Position numbers and translations under genes: made by a program. The notes under the pieces were generated by a model, which was given only the letters and a program-made list of their open reading frames with translations, was not told where the DNA came from and ran no database searches. A DNA stretch of 63,905 bases, the filler included, from Conidiobolus incongruus B7586 (Eukaryota): the NCBI GenBank assembly GCA_000697335.1. It is 8 parts of 8 records of this genome, joined end to end, with 100 filler letters (N's around TTAATTAATTAA, not from the genome) between each part and the next. Parts side by side here need not be neighbours in the genome. Positions count along the whole stretch, not along the records: positions 34,630 to 56,732 come from JNEM01006419.1; 7 more parts are not named here. One strand, given 5' to 3'. Every line of letters begins with the position of its first letter. The stretch's first letter is position 1. This document shows positions 37,258 to 52,309 of the stretch, in pieces.

Positions 37258-39689
37258 AAAAAAAATAATCTCTAAAATATCAAGCCTTTTTCCTTCTGAT
37301 GAGATATTATTAAATATCTCAATAACACTATACTCATAGCCATATTTATTTCTAATCACGAACACTAAAATATAAATGTACAATATTAATATAGATAACT
37401 TCCTTAATACAGGAAATATTATACATAAACTAATTTTAATACTTTATAATAAATATATTAATTTCTATAGATATATTACTTCAGCATAATAAAAGGGCTT
37501 AATTACCGAATTTGGTGGTAAAACTAGCGTATAATAAATAACTTAAAAATATATATTCGAACCAATTGTAAATATCTACAAGATTAAAACTATAGACTGG
37601 ACTTTTGTTTGTAAATTAATTATATTTATAACCAGCCATCTTTGAAAAAATATAATTATAAGGTTGTTATTATAAAACCAACTATTTAAATAGTTAATAG
37701 ATTTTTATATTCAATTTGGTTTAAATTAAATAATTGATTAGTTATTAAATATATTGATATATTTTATTCAAATGAATTAATTAAATATAAATATCAGGTT
37801 TGTTAGTTGATAAATTAAAATCATTATATTCAATGATATATATAAATGAGATTAAAATGGCGAAATATAATTATATTTGTTATATTTAGTAACTACTTTA
37901 ATTTGCTAAAATTTTGAATTTTAGGTTTTATATAAAGTTGAGATAATTGTCCAAAATTTAAAAAATAATTTCTTTATGGCCAATAACTTTATTATATACT
38001 TTGAATTTAAAGGAGCAATCTGAGATATTTGTTTATCTAAAAGTGTGATATGTAACAAAAACGATAAAGAGTATTAATGAATGCTTTAATATCTTTCCAG
38101 TTTTTATCGTTGTCAAATTAATTAAATAAAAGCTTTTATATATTTGATATAAAATATTTTTTATAAATCAAACCCAATGTATTAATATATGCATCAAGTA
38201 TATCCTGTCAACCCTAATTAGCATTAAATAAAATTATATATATTTTGCATTTATTTAAGTTAAGGGCATTATTTAAAAATTATATTTTACTTATAGGCTA
38301 GTTTAAAATTACATTTTCAAAATTCTTAAAAAATTCAATATAGTTGGATTTTTTAAAGCTGTGAATAATTATAATATTATATTTTGTTTAATTGATATAT
38401 TTTTGTAATAATCAAGACAGAAATAATCATGATAATTCATTCATATAATAATATGTTGTTCCAATTTAATATATCTTTCTCTTTCAATATTGATAATATA
38501 GCTTTTGCAATCGAATACCAATGTTGACTTTTGAACTTTATTTTTCAATATAAACAAGGTTTAGTTAAATATTAATATTTTAATTTTTACTAATTGTAGT
38601 CATACAATTATTGATATAATGATATTCTTGTATTAAATTTATTATTTAGTTATTTGATTATACAATAACATTCTGGAATATAATCAAATTATAAAATTAT
38701 ACTTAGATAATATTTTTCGAATAAATTTCAAGACTAGGTCACAATAATTAGAAAGTGAGTGTATAATATTAATTTAAAATTATTATATTGAGAAATCTAG
38801 TTCAACATTACGATCAAAATTGATTTTTTTATCTTACATTGTTATAAAATTGATAAAAATAATATATTATCAATCCTCTTTATAGATCTTGATTTCAAAG
38901 GATGAAATATTTTAATATTCATCATTTGAACTAATTATTAAATCAATAAATATTATATATTGATTTAATTAATTCCATAAAATATACTCCATTAGCATTT
39001 TGGATTTTATTAATATAATGATTTTAATAAAAATTATTTTGAAAAATGTAAAATTGTAAAAAAAATGGTAACAAGTACTTAGCTTGGAAAAAAAATTTAT
39101 TTAAGGAAATCTTTTAATAGGAATGTATGATTCAATTTTCAATCCATATTTATATATTTTTAATAGACTAGATTCCCAAAATAATTTTCAACCAGTTTTG
39201 TTTATGGCATAGTGACTTAAACAAACTTCAAATTTGGATATGTATTATATTGTTCCAAAATAACTTTTCCTTTCTAGAGTAAAATAAAATATTTGATTTA
39301 TTTAATCAATGAGTTATTCCTATATGTACCAAATCACAAGCTGTTTATGTGGATAATATTTACCAACGATTCAATATTTCAAATACACTCAGTGTGGTAC
39401 AGGAATTTGAAAGTGAACTTCTAGATTTATTGAAAAAAATTATTTTTTTGAAGTAATTAGATAATTGAATAGTATTACTGCTTGACTAATTATTTTAAGA
39501 TTTTTTATCCAAATTAATAAATAATTGTTGTATAAAAACTATTTTTGAGCCTAATATGAGATAATGTATTAAGGTTAATTTTTTAAATTAACATCATTAT
39601 AAAATACAAAGTTAATTGTTATTAAATATAATAATTTATAAATATTATCTTACAATCAATTTATTTTAGTTTAAATCTATATATTGTAA

Positions 39690-40643
39690 TTATGTATTTC
39701 TCCAATTAATCATCTTCATAATTAAATATTTACATTTGATTCGAAAACGTAATAATAACACCAAAAATTCACTATTTACTTCTGATTGAAATGTAATGGT
39801 CATGACTGGATTTACACCGATAGTAATATTAATCATAATAAAGATTAAAACGTCAAGTAAAGGAGTTCTTTTAAATCCCATAGTGATTCTCATGATCGTT
39901 GTAACATACGATAACATAAAGTTCGCGTTATATATTATAAACACACACATCAATTGTGATATTAATTTCAATTTTTGAGATTGAATAGTGTTCAATAAAT
40001 CTTGATCTTGAGAATGATCTGCCATTTTCTTCATTGCATTCAAGTTCTTATTGGCCTTCCAACCGATAGCGAAATAACAATAGGATATGATCCAACAAGG
40101 AATAGCATAGGATAATGGTATGATATATACCATAATATATGAGAAAGCGCTCGGTGTTAGAAAAGCTTGACAGCTGAAATATGAAACAGTAGGTTTTGCA
40201 TCGAGAATTGCTAGACCATATAAAAATATTGAAGTCATAGGTAAACACTCTAAAATTACTAATAAGATCCAAAAAGCTAAACTCTTTTCCTTTTGATGGC
40301 ATACTATCAAATATCTTAACAATGCCAAAACACCTACTGTGATAATTTCCAATCGACATGACCATTGAATGAAAAACCCAAAATAATAACATTGAATAGT
40401 GCCTTGATCGAGAAAATGGTACCCGCAAACTAGTTTAGATACTTGTAAAACAAACGTATTAATTCCCAATAATATCTCAATCCCACATAAAATTAAGGTC
40501 AGTTTCATCTCAGTAGTTTTCGTAGTAAACCTTGTGTATAATAAATAGCTCAATATAGCATTAAATCCAATCATAAAAATTGATAATAATAAAACAATAG
40601 AATTAGCTACAGTATTTAGTACTGTTAACTCTTCAACAGCCAT
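39690..40643 (-). CDS. Class A-like 7TM GPCR-like protein, copy 3 (most divergent), 317 aa
   Basis: Same architecture: IQCYYFG, ALLRYLIVC, GFKRTPLLD, VNPVMTITFQSEVNSEF. Confidence 0.88.
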   Translation of the reverse strand: MAVEELTVLNTVANSIVLLLSIFMIGFNAILSYLLYTRFTTKTTEMKLTLILCGIEILLGINTFVLQVSKLVCGYHFLDQGTIQCYYFGFFIQWSCRLEIITVGVLALLRYLIVCHQKEKSLAFWILLVILECLPMTSIFLYGLAILDAKPTVSYFSCQAFLTPSAFSYIMVYIIPLSYAIPCWIISYCYFAIGWKANKNLNAMKKMADHSQDQDLLNTIQSQKLKLISQLMCVFIIYNANFMLSYVTTIMRITMGFKRTPLLDVLIFIMINITIGVNPVMTITFQSEVNSEFLVLLLRFRIKCKYLIMKMINWRNT

Positions 40644-43049
40644 CTTTTCAAAAAAGAATATAAAAATGAAGTTAACATTTTAAAATCTAATGTCAAAGTA
40701 GATCTTAATTTTATATAGCTCATTGAGTTCAAATTTTGTCATTCGTTTGTGACTAAATGTGTTAACTGGATTCATAATGCGACGAATTAATTCAAGCTAA
40801 GTTTTAGCCTGGATGGTTGTTTAGATCATCAAATAGAAAAACAGGATATTACATAAATTTATAAATCACGAATTATTAAAATTTAAACAATTCTGAATGA
40901 TGTAAACAACAATAAAAATTATCAATTCATTCCAAAAATATTTAAATTAGACTTAAGTATTGTAATAATCCATTGAAAAAAGTAATAAATAGTTCAATAT
41001 GAATTATATTTAAAATTAATTACTTTTAAAAAATACTAGTTTAAATAATAATTAAATTTTATAAAGTATTTAATGGAATAATTTAATACTATTAAATCAC
41101 AAGTAAAAGATAAAAACTTGAATTATAAATTCTTCTCTATCAATTTAAAATTTATTGATATATTATTTTAAATATCAAAAATAAAATTTGAAATTTGGAA
41201 TAATTTGAAATAAAATTTATGAATTTGAATGTGAAAAAATTCAAAAAAATTCTAAACATAACTCAAATAAATAATTTGAATAATCATTATTTTTATTATG
41301 GAGTCTTTTGTTTGAAAATATCTCTATTATTTCAATTTTATCATAATACCAGCCAAAATCTTCTGAATTTTATTTCGTTAGATATCAAATATTGAACTAT
41401 ATTAAAAGTTAGGTTATAAATCAGATTAGAAATAAAACTATATATAAATTTTTAATCTAGTAGCCTTCATTATTAGAAATTATTTTAGACCGCTCTCTTA
41501 GCAGCTGTCTAGCCTCACACAATTTTCCTTTGATTAAGGATTGAAATTATAAAATCTTATATTTGAAGGTATATCAGTTATATTTGAATACATGTGCTAT
41601 CTGAGTTACAATTTGTAACATCCTGAAGCAGCTATCATCGCAAAGATTAAGATCAGAGTGTTTAGTGAATATGTAGACTTGTATAACTCTGTTTAAATAA
41701 TAGTTTTTAATTAGTTTAAAATTATGGCTATTTACCTCATAATGCAAAATTGCGAGTTTTTATATTTCATATAAAAACAGCCAACTTGAAATGTTAGTGA
41801 ATAAAAGTGATATAAAAGCATACTATTTTTTTAAGTTAATAACTTATGAAAAATCACATCCTTATAGTTAGTATTAACAACTGTCATTTTTTCTGAATAG
41901 AGTTTGTTATTGCAATATATATAAGTGGTTGATTATGGATAAGTTAAAAATATGCCTTATATTGTGGTATACATTTATAAGAATTCAAGATTTATCCATA
42001 TCAGAATGTAAAATGACGGCACAGAATATCTATTATAATAATCAGGACTTTTCTGTGTTCTATTTTTTTTAAATTTTTGGTTAAGTACTAGAATATACAG
42101 TACCTATTTTTTTGATCAATTTAATTCTATTTTTGAGTGTAATCAAGATGGTTATATTACATACTTAAAACTTATCAGCTAATTTCCTGGATAAACAGTT
42201 AAATCATATGACAGTTTTTATTTTTTTTCATGACTGTTTTCCTATATCTACTGATAAAGTAGCCAAATTTAGATATTATTTGATTAGGGCATCTCCCCTA
42301 ATCAAAATGATTGATCCAGAATCGTACAGTAAAGCAGGATAGAGCCTTGTTTTGACAAGCCTTGAGTAAGGTTTGATGGATCATATATAGAGATAGTTTA
42401 GTAAGATATATTACAGTGATGAAATATCGTAGATAGATAATGCAAAGGTTTGCAACATTATTATTTTTGTTCATATTTTGAATAAAAAATAATGTTATAA
42501 AAATTATAAGATTTAGAGTATTTCAAATTCAAAGAATTAATATCTTAAACATCACTTTTCGAATATATTTAAAATAATATTAAATATCATTTAATTGAAA
42601 TTAAATATAAATCAGATAATTTTATATTTGTATAATTTATATGTAATCATTTGTGATAATTTTAATAAAGAATGCCAAATATAAAATTAACAATATTTAT
42701 TAATGTGTGAGATTATATATTATGCTTAGAAAAATACACTATAAACTCACTTTTTAAATCCAATAAACTATTTGATACAACTGAGTTGGATATATTTGAT
42801 CGCAATGTCAAAAAATGTAGCAATATCCTAAAATTTAAAAATATATGAAAACACCATTTCCTTTAAAAGACTCTAGTTTTGATTTATGTTCAATTTTTTC
42901 TTATTTTTTAAAATATACTTGAAACCTTTTTTGTGCAAAATATTATTTATCAATCAATAGAATTGTAATTAAATAAGAGTTATATTAAAAGATAGGAAGA
43001 AAGTGTAGATTTAAACTTAAAAAATGGTTGAAAGTTTGTCCATGAATAA

Positions 43050-44208
43050 TGACATTATATACTAGTATTAAAATTATATTAATATACAAACTAAATTTAA
43101 ATATAAATACATTATTTTTAAATATCAATAAAGGATATAAAATCAACACTCTTTTTGATTATTCATAACTTTTTGCCATACTTTTGACAAATTTCTAATA
43201 TTTAAAAAAAGTTCTTTATTTAAAGATTAAATTTAATGTTTTATAAACTAATTTTTTGTAAGATTTTTTCCTTCAAGTATATTTTTTTATTGCTTGAAAC
43301 AGTTATAACTACATGGGCTGTAATTTAGTTAATATACTAGATATATATATATTATTTTTTATAAAATCTTTTATAACTTAAAGTTTATATATTTTATATA
43401 TTAAATAATTAGTTTATATTGTAATAATGTACTAAAATAATTTACATCTCTTGATAAATATTGTACTTATCTATTATAACTAGTAATATAGGCTATTTTC
43501 ACTTAATATTTTATTTTTTCATTAAATTGAAAATTTTACACCCAAGCTTAAGATTTATTAATTATATTAATTCAAACAAGAATCTTTTGATTTTAGGTTA
43601 TATTTTAATAAGCTTATTTGGCAATAGCTACTCTAGTTTTTTTCTGAACTTTGTTAATAAATAAGGTATTTATTTTATACTATTATTAACTAAACTAAGT
43701 TTGAACTCTAATATATAATACTAATATAATTGATATTTTATTACCTTGATCATCCTCTAGTTAAATTGAAAATGTGATTTTAGATATTTTTTACCTTATT
43801 AATATATGAAAAAATAAAAATGAAAATTATTATTTTAGATTTAAGTAAATTTTAAATAATATACCTTTAACCTTTAATGGCAAATTTGTTAATAAATAGT
43901 GAATTTAGATAAAATATTATCTTGATAAGTTGTCTATAAATCTTAGATAAGATTAGAGGGTTTATAATTTAGTTTTAGTAATTCTGAAATAATAGGCTTC
44001 TAATTATTAATATATAAGTATGATTAAATTTATCTTGAAAATTTAAAATATATATTTTAATGAAAAATTTATTCTGAAAAATTAGATATATAATGTAAGA
44101 ATATTAACCCGCTTACTTATTTTGTAAACAATCTATTTTTAAAAACTAACAATATGTTTGAAAAATCAGGACTTACAAAATAAGCCATTTTTTTCTTTCT
44201 AAACTAGT
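43050..44208 (-). mobile_element. Mariner relic, strongly decayed
   Basis: Blocks collinear with 57141-58330 (AATAGCTACTCTAG at ~43623, TTAGAGGGTTTAT at ~43953) and end block TTGAAAAATCAG at ~44158. Ends approximate. Confidence 0.65.
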
Positions 44209-45089
44209 ATAATTTTGGTCCTTATATTTTGTTTGTTTTATCTTAATATAAAACCAATACTATACAGTCATTTGATTAGTGATTTTGAAAAAAAATAATT
44301 CAATTTATTTAGATTAAAATGTAACTAACTCCTACCGGTTCCATAACGATACCAAACTTCAATCCTTGGATTATAATCTCTCATACATTAAGGAATAAAT
44401 AATTATATATTAAGTTTCAAATCGATAGCCAGTCTCTTGATGAAATTATTTCAAAAAATGACCACTAATTAACGTTCAATCTACTTACAAAATTCAAATG
44501 AAATGAAAAAATAATAATCAATTCAAGTTTTTTAATAATATATTTTCTATTTCTAGCTTTAAGATCTGTGATCATGGTATTTCAATATATTAATGTATTT
44601 TAATTTACAATATTATATAATTAATATATTAAATTACAAAGATGTAATTATTAAAAGATGCAAATTCTGATCCAACTAACCAAGATGAAGTTAAATTCGA
44701 ATATTCAAATATATGCTTTTTGTTTAATAACTCATTGGTATTCAATAATTAATATAATTTATTCATAGTTCAATTTGCATATTGTTTAATAATTATTCTA
44801 ATCTAATTTTGAATATATGTTTTAAAATTAATAATAAAATAGTTGAATGAATGATATTATCCCACCAAAATAATCTTAAATGTTTTAATCATTTACAAAT
44901 ATGTATTTTTTAAAATGACGAGTAAAATAAAAATTGAAAGGTATAGTAACTATGATATATTTTACCAAAATTAAAAATAGTAGATAAGTGTTTAAATTAA
45001 ACTAAATTTCATTATATAATTAATAATCTGATCTCTAATGTTTGCTTAAACACCTCTCTACTAATATAATTGTTTGTAAAATTTATTAT

Positions 45090-46034
45090 TTAAATCTTAA
45101 ATATATTTTTTAATGCTGATTTACATTTTGCTCTTATCCTTACCAAAAAGAATAAAAACTCATTGTTCACATCAGGCTGAAAAGATACTGTAATTAGTGG
45201 ATTCAAAGATATCGAGCAGGTTATCATGGTAAAGACTATAGCATCTATAAATGGCGATCTTCTATACCCAAACTCATATTTTAATATCATTGTAATATAT
45301 GATAGCATAAAGCAGCAATTATACAGTACAAACACAACAGTTAGTTGAGCAATTAACTTGAGCTTTTGTTTTCTAATTTGCCGTAGACATTGAGTATCTT
45401 GATTTAACTTTGCCTCATACTTTATCGAGTTGAGCTGTTTATTGACTTTCCATCCAATTGCAAAATAATTAAAGGTAGTTATCCAGCAAGGGATTAAAAA
45501 ACACAAGGCCATACCCAGATTAATATGAGTTGAAAATGGGTCACCTCCTAAGAAAGAATGACATTGAATATAAGACGGCGATGGTTTTACATCGCCCATA
45601 ATAGCACCATACACGAAAAAACAAGTAGCAGGAATTGCCCCAACCGAAATAACTAACACCCAAAATCTAATTCCTCTCTCAATTTGAAAACAGACTATCA
45701 AAAATCTCAATAAGGAAAGGACGCATACAATAACAATTTCCCCTCTATTTAACCATTGCATAAAGAAACCATAAAAATGGCACTGTATCGTATTCTTATC
45801 AAAGAAATGATACCCGTTGATGAATTTAAAAATTGCTAAAATGGCGACTTCACTACCAATTGTTAATTCTGTAAAGCACAAAATTAAAATCAATTTTATT
45901 TCAGTTGTTTTGTTATTAAATTTGGAAAATAATAAATAAACTAATATAATATTAAATAGTATATTAAATAAAGAGGAAAAAAGCAATATAGTATTGAACA
46001 ATATATTTATCACATCCAAATTATCTATGTCCAT
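45090..46034 (-). CDS. Class A-like 7TM GPCR-like protein, copy 4, 314 aa
   Basis: Start placed at ATG 46034 (MDIDNLD) by comparison with paralogs. SLLRF, YIQC and LNPLITVSFQPDVNNEF present. Confidence 0.88.
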   Translation of the reverse strand: MDIDNLDVINILFNTILLFSSLFNILFNIILVYLLFSKFNNKTTEIKLILILCFTELTIGSEVAILAIFKFINGYHFFDKNTIQCHFYGFFMQWLNRGEIVIVCVLSLLRFLIVCFQIERGIRFWVLVISVGAIPATCFFVYGAIMGDVKPSPSYIQCHSFLGGDPFSTHINLGMALCFLIPCWITTFNYFAIGWKVNKQLNSIKYEAKLNQDTQCLRQIRKQKLKLIAQLTVVFVLYNCCFMLSYITMILKYEFGYRRSPFIDAIVFTMITCSISLNPLITVSFQPDVNNEFLFFLVRIRAKCKSALKNIFKI

Positions 46035-48923
46035 ATTATATTTTGTCAGTGTATTAAATTTTTTTCCTTTGTTATGAATATAAATTTTAGTTAACGATAT
46101 TAGATTTATAGTCAATTAATGAGTTTGTATTAAACTGGGTTTATAAATCACCAAAATATTATTCTAAAAACTATCTATTGCGGTTAATATATAGTTGATT
46201 TATATTTGTATTACTAATCTAGAAGATTTTTATTTAATTTAATTTAAAGGCTGAAAGCATTTAGAACAATATTAACATTCAGAAAAAACTATTACCATAT
46301 TTTATTATTACCATCTAAAAATACAAAATTGAAAAGTTTTATTCAAATATATATATATATATATCCTTTTTTGATATTATAGTGAAAATAATAAAGATAA
46401 TATATTATGAATATTTTCTTATATTATTATCAAGTTAATTAATTCACTATTCATTAAATGGTAGTTTGATTATATAAAAATATTTTGATTCATGGCCTAA
46501 TATATTAAGATATAAGTATTTAAAATTTTGTTTTATGATAATTATTAAGACTTTATTTCCAAATATTTCCAAGTATCTTTATACTGATACAGTACACTTA
46601 TAAAATTTTTTCATATAAGTGTTATAAATTGAAGCAGATTTGCAGGTTGCGCAGGTTAGATAAAACTACTATTGATTATATTTGGCCATTACTCATATAT
46701 TTTCTCCTTAAGTCCAATTGACATTTTTATCAAAATGATTAAGTATATTATATAAAATTTATTAAAAATATAATTTGAATTATTTTATCTTTTGAAAATT
46801 TAGTAAAATAGGTAATTCACACCAAATTATCCTGGCTCTAACTTTAAAATAATGTAAAATAATTTTTGTGAATTGATTTTTCGAAGAGTTCAGAAGTTTT
46901 ATATGCAAATACAAAAATAAATTATTTGATTTTAAATTATTTCAAACAGTCTATAATGAAAGATTTCCTATTTTTAAGATTTTAAAATTTCTCAAAATCA
47001 ATTTAGAAAATTTTAATTAATCAATTGATTTGATGTGTGTTTAAATATTGTAATACCTGCTATTGATTTAACCAGTAGCATAATGTTAGATACAAGAAAT
47101 ATTTTTTATCAAAGTGTTATATATAATATAATTTTTTAAAATCTGAAAATTGGCAATAAACTTGATTTATTCTCAATAAATATATCAATTTAAAAATATA
47201 AATCTATATCTTATAAAATTGGATAATTTTATCTGAATATTAAAAAATATATAAAATTTGGTAACCCGAATATTTTCAATAAAAGAAGAAATTTATTATT
47301 AAAAATGAAATCAAAAATTTAATTGAATTTTTTTCTATTGAAGGTATTGTATTAAAAAACTCTTTAATTATAAGCAAAGTTTGCTTTGATGTTATGCATG
47401 ATTATGATGATTCGAATTCTCAAAATAATTTCTTTTGAGCGATTTAATATTTGTTGGTCGTTTTTCAGTATCGAAATATGTTGATATCAGGAATTAAAGC
47501 AAATTTTATAGCTATAACTAACAAATTTGTAAATATCAAATTTAGTACTGAAACATATATTGACGCAAGTCATCAGATAATTCATTATTTTTTGAATTTA
47601 GAAACGAATGTTTTAATAGACATTAACCTATTTAAAAACAATCTTGAATATACATTTAAATATAAAATTTTTAATATTTTTTCCAAGTATATGGATATTA
47701 TTAAAATTATCTATCATAGTTACATATAATACCCATTCATTACATTTCTTTATTTAAAATGATATATTAACAGTATTTTTAATAAAATATAACTCAATCA
47801 AATATAAAATAGTATATTATTAGTAATGTTGTAAAATTATCATTGAAATAAAAATATCAATAGAAATATATTCATGGTATTCATTTAACTAAATGTTTTA
47901 TATAAAAATAATTCATTTATATATTACAATTTTAACATAATTTGATTGTTCTGTATAGCCTATTTATTAAACTATGAATTAAGATTTGCCATCTTTATAT
48001 TAATTCATAATATCATATTTTCTATTTTGAATTTTATCAATAAATTTCTATATGCTTAATTTTTTACAATAAATTATATATGAGTATAATATGTCATTTT
48101 ACAAATATATTTTACAACTTTATTTAAATGAAGTAAAAAAATATTACTCAAATTCTTTCCCAACATACCAAAATATCATAAATAATAATACCAATAAATT
48201 ATACTAAATTCAAACTAAATACTAACTAATTTTTGCAATAGATTTTTATTCATAAATTTATACTTAAAATATATCCTTGTTAATAAGTTAGTAATATATT
48301 AATATGAAAGTGATTACCACTTGATAATCCCTTATTGTATCTAATTTCCAAGTTTTAATACTTAAAAATAAACTTAATATCTCTATAATGAATAATTTTG
48401 AATGATGCTAATATAAATATTATATATAAAAATTAGATAAAAACATGGTAAATATTATAACAGTGGGTAGGTTGAACCAAATTATATGCATGATTTAAAT
48501 AAATTTCAATATATAATTTTAGTTAGTATTTTAAAATTTAAAAAAAATGAGTCAAAGATGTTTGATTAATAAAATAACTAACTAATTTTATATTTAGTTG
48601 AATAATTTTATTATTCAATTTATAATTATTAATGTACAAAATCAAAATTCAATTTTAAATTTTGAATAAAAATTGACACCCTAATATATAATTCTATGTA
48701 AATAACTAAATAATATTACTTCAATTGATATTGTTCTCTCATTTTTATACATTTGAATGATAATATATATTAAAAATAGAAATTTAATCAATAATATTAT
48801 ATTGATTGAGCTGAAACAGCATCCATTGTAAAGTCGCTTATATTCTATTTCATTATCAAATTACATTGTTTCTAAATATTGTATAATAAAATTATATACA
48901 TTGATTGTAAAATCATTTATTAG

Positions 48924-49865
48924 TTACACTCGAAGTATACTCTTAAAGATAGTTTTACATTTTGCTTTAAATCTTACTAATAAAAATAAAAATTCGTTAT
49001 TCACTTCAGGTTGAAAAGAAACAGTTATCAAAGGATTAAGACAAACAGAAGAGTTCACCATAACCAAGATAAGAGCGTCCAAAAATGGTGTTCGTTTAAA
49101 TCCAATTGCGAATTTTAGAATCATTGTGATATAAGATACCATAAACAGGAGATTGTATATGAAGAACACCATAGCCAATTGAACAAAGAGTTTAATTTTT
49201 TGATTTTTAATCATTTTCAAACCTTCTAAATTTTGACTACATTTGGCCTCATTTTTCATCTTATTTAATTCATGATTGACTTTCCATCCAACAGCAAAAT
49301 AACAAAATGTTGTTGTCCAGCAAGGGAGTAAAAAGTTCGTTGAAGTAATTAGCATCATCTTAATAGAAAACGAATCTGAACCCAAATACGGCAGACATTG
49401 AATATAAGACGGTGTGGGCTTATAATCTTTGATAATAGCTCCATATAAAAATATAGTAATACAAGGAATAGATCCAATAAATAATATCACTAACCAAAAT
49501 TTCAATCCTCTTTCAAACCGGTAAAAAATCATAAGATATCTAAGTATTGATAATATTGTAACAATGAGTATTTCCAACCTGAAAAATATATGCATAATAA
49601 AACCAGATATTTGGCAACGAAGCTGATTGGTTAAATAGGTGTACCCATATATTGATTCTAAAGTTGTCAATATAATCATAAAAGTGCCTTCACCAAGTTC
49701 AAAAAAGCACAATCCCAAAATTAGTATAATCTCAGTAGATTTAAAATCACATTTTTTAATTAATAAATATATTAATATTACATTCAAACTGATATTAAAA
49801 ATAGAGGATAGCGTTAAAAATATTGTAAAGAATTTATGAACAAAAGTTATGCTAGAGAATATCAT
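48924..49865 (-). CDS. Class A-like 7TM GPCR-like protein, copy 5, 313 aa
   Basis: LRCQISG, SILRY, YIQC, GFKRTPFLDA, LNPLITVSFQPEVNNEF. Confidence 0.88.
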   Translation of the reverse strand: MIFSSITFVHKFFTIFLTLSSIFNISLNVILIYLLIKKCDFKSTEIILILGLCFFELGEGTFMIILTTLESIYGYTYLTNQLRCQISGFIMHIFFRLEILIVTILSILRYLMIFYRFERGLKFWLVILFIGSIPCITIFLYGAIIKDYKPTPSYIQCLPYLGSDSFSIKMMLITSTNFLLPCWTTTFCYFAVGWKVNHELNKMKNEAKCSQNLEGLKMIKNQKIKLFVQLAMVFFIYNLLFMVSYITMILKFAIGFKRTPFLDALILVMVNSSVCLNPLITVSFQPEVNNEFLFLLVRFKAKCKTIFKSILRV

Positions 49866-52309
49866 ATTCCTTTAGTGTATTTAAAATTTAAATACAGTTT
49901 AAAAGTAATTATTCAATTCTTAATTTATATATAATTTGATTACTCACAAATAAACCCAAAATTCATCAAGTTTTAAAAAGTGACAAAATGAATTTAATTT
50001 GACCTATTATCTTCGATATTCAAAAAATGTAAATCACACTTAGTAGAATTGCTGAAAATCATCAAATACATTGATTTAATAAACTATCGGTATTGGAATT
50101 ATATATCTTATATATTTTCGTTTTAAAAATCATCTAATGTTTATTATTATACAAAGTCGTGTTAATAATTTTAATTATAATAACAAAGTAATCAATTAGA
50201 TTAGATATGCATCGATTTATAAAAATAATTATGCTTTACATATTATATTATATAGTGTATTTGAATTCAATAATAATTAATTACTGTATTGAATAATATT
50301 AATACATATTTATCAATTGTTAATTATTACTCTTGACTATTTAGTAGTATAAAAAAGTTGACTTTTTTGATATTTTTTAAATACCATAAAATAGTATTAA
50401 TTATAGTATCAATTATTTTATTAGTGTCCATTATATTAATTTTTTATCGGTGTTAATTAGTGTACTTAATATTTATTTTAAATACTAAGCTTCAAGCATA
50501 AAAATTCAGTATTCAAAAAATTAAATATATTATATTTTTAGCTATACTAGAATTTAATCAAATTTTTCATTATATATAGTATAGGTAAAATCAATTTTAT
50601 TATATGCTGAAATTATTTAATTATATTATATACTATCTATTCAAACTCAGCTTATTTCAAAAAATTAAATTGTAATGTAACATACACACGAATATTTCAA
50701 AATGAATATTTAACATTAAAACATTCTGAAATATTACATATCAATTTATTGATGACCAAAATATAGTGATTTAATTTATGAAAATTCCAATATCAATGAA
50801 TAAGTTTTAAAGTAAATATATATTTTATAATGAGATCTAGAGTGTAAATCATTTTAAAATTTTTTTGTCTCAATTTTTTGATTAATATTTCAAAATATAA
50901 TTCTTATTAGGATACAAATCAAATATTGAACTAATATATAATTTAATGATTTACAATGGTTCAATTATACCTGATTGTATTAGAGAATAATTTCATAAAT
51001 TAATTACCTATCAACATAAAATATAATTAACTATAGTTTAAAAAAATTTTAAATATAAATTACACCAAAAAAATTTATGATGTATTTTTCTAAAATATAA
51101 TTTGTTGTGAAAGTATCACAATTCTGAACTGATAATTGAATTCATTTAAGATCAATTTTGTAATTTAGCAGTAAAAATTTCATTGGTTATATTATTTTTA
51201 ATAACAACTATTATATATATGTAATATTTGCAATTAACTTTGTGAAATTCGTTCATAGTTTATTATTATTAATCATCATAATATTATTAAATTTGTTAAG
51301 AAACTTAATAATATAATCGAATATTTTAGGAATATTCGAGTAATTTTTATCTAATCTGTATCAAACAAAAATTTACAATGAATTGAAAAAATCTGGAAGA
51401 TATTTTACCTTTTTCAGGTTATAATATAATCCTTATATGGCCTGGATTATTGATTGTTTAAGGTAAATCAAGTCAAAAAACCTTAATAGTGTGAATATCA
51501 ATTGGATTTAGAAATAAACTGTGAAATTGTAATTCAATTACACCAATTTTCATTTCCTAAGTACTTAGGCCATCTTAAACACAGAAATATATGAATTAAT
51601 TCGATATTAAGCGATGTAGTTATTTTTCAAAATTGATTTCATATTCAAAGAGTTTGCCAATTGAATCAAAAATGATAATAGCAGTAAAGGGGCTAATATC
51701 AAAAGGAATCGAATTTTGTATTTTTATTTTAAACTAACCATTATGACAATTTTTCTGTCGTTATTATATTTTAGTTTTTAAAACAAAATGAGATTAAATA
51801 AAAATATATATAGGTATAAAAAATACACTAAATTAGCACTCAAACTGAAATATAATTTGAAACTTATATAATAGTCTGGCATAATTAAGATCAAAAGAGG
51901 AAATTATCAGCATAATATTTGATTAGATTAGTAGAACATTAGAATATTTGAAAGAAAAAAAATACTATTTTATAATTTTGAATATTATATATACTTTTAG
52001 CTTTAAAAGTGATTTTCATATATTTTGCAAGATTCCAATGTCCAAATAAAGATTATAAGCTATTAAAATGTAATTTTATATAATTAAAAAGAGATATTTA
52101 ACTCTTAATCCTTTTCAACTCATTTAAAAAATGAAATTGGTTAATACAATAGTTATTATTCTATAGAAGGCAAAATAAAATTTTAATTACAATTATGTTT
52201 TGGTTAAAACATTCGAAATATATTAAACCGTTATTGAATCTATAAAACTAAGTTAAATCCAGTAGATATGATGAATATAGTTGATATATAAATGTGTTCT
52301 CTGATTAAA

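Noticed and set aside
46035..46115. 27-aa N-terminal extension of GPCR copy 4 in the ORF track
   Set aside because: Starts at a non-ATG codon. All paralogs start at the position equivalent to ATG 46034.
25110..49839. Short ORFs antisense to or overlapping the GPCR genes (25110, 25570, 28832, 29002, 31629, 39796, 40048, 49639)
   Set aside because: Shadow frames of real genes or pseudogenes.
24834..49865. Calling the 7TM proteins opsins
   Set aside because: No lysine at the Lys296-equivalent TM7 position in any copy.
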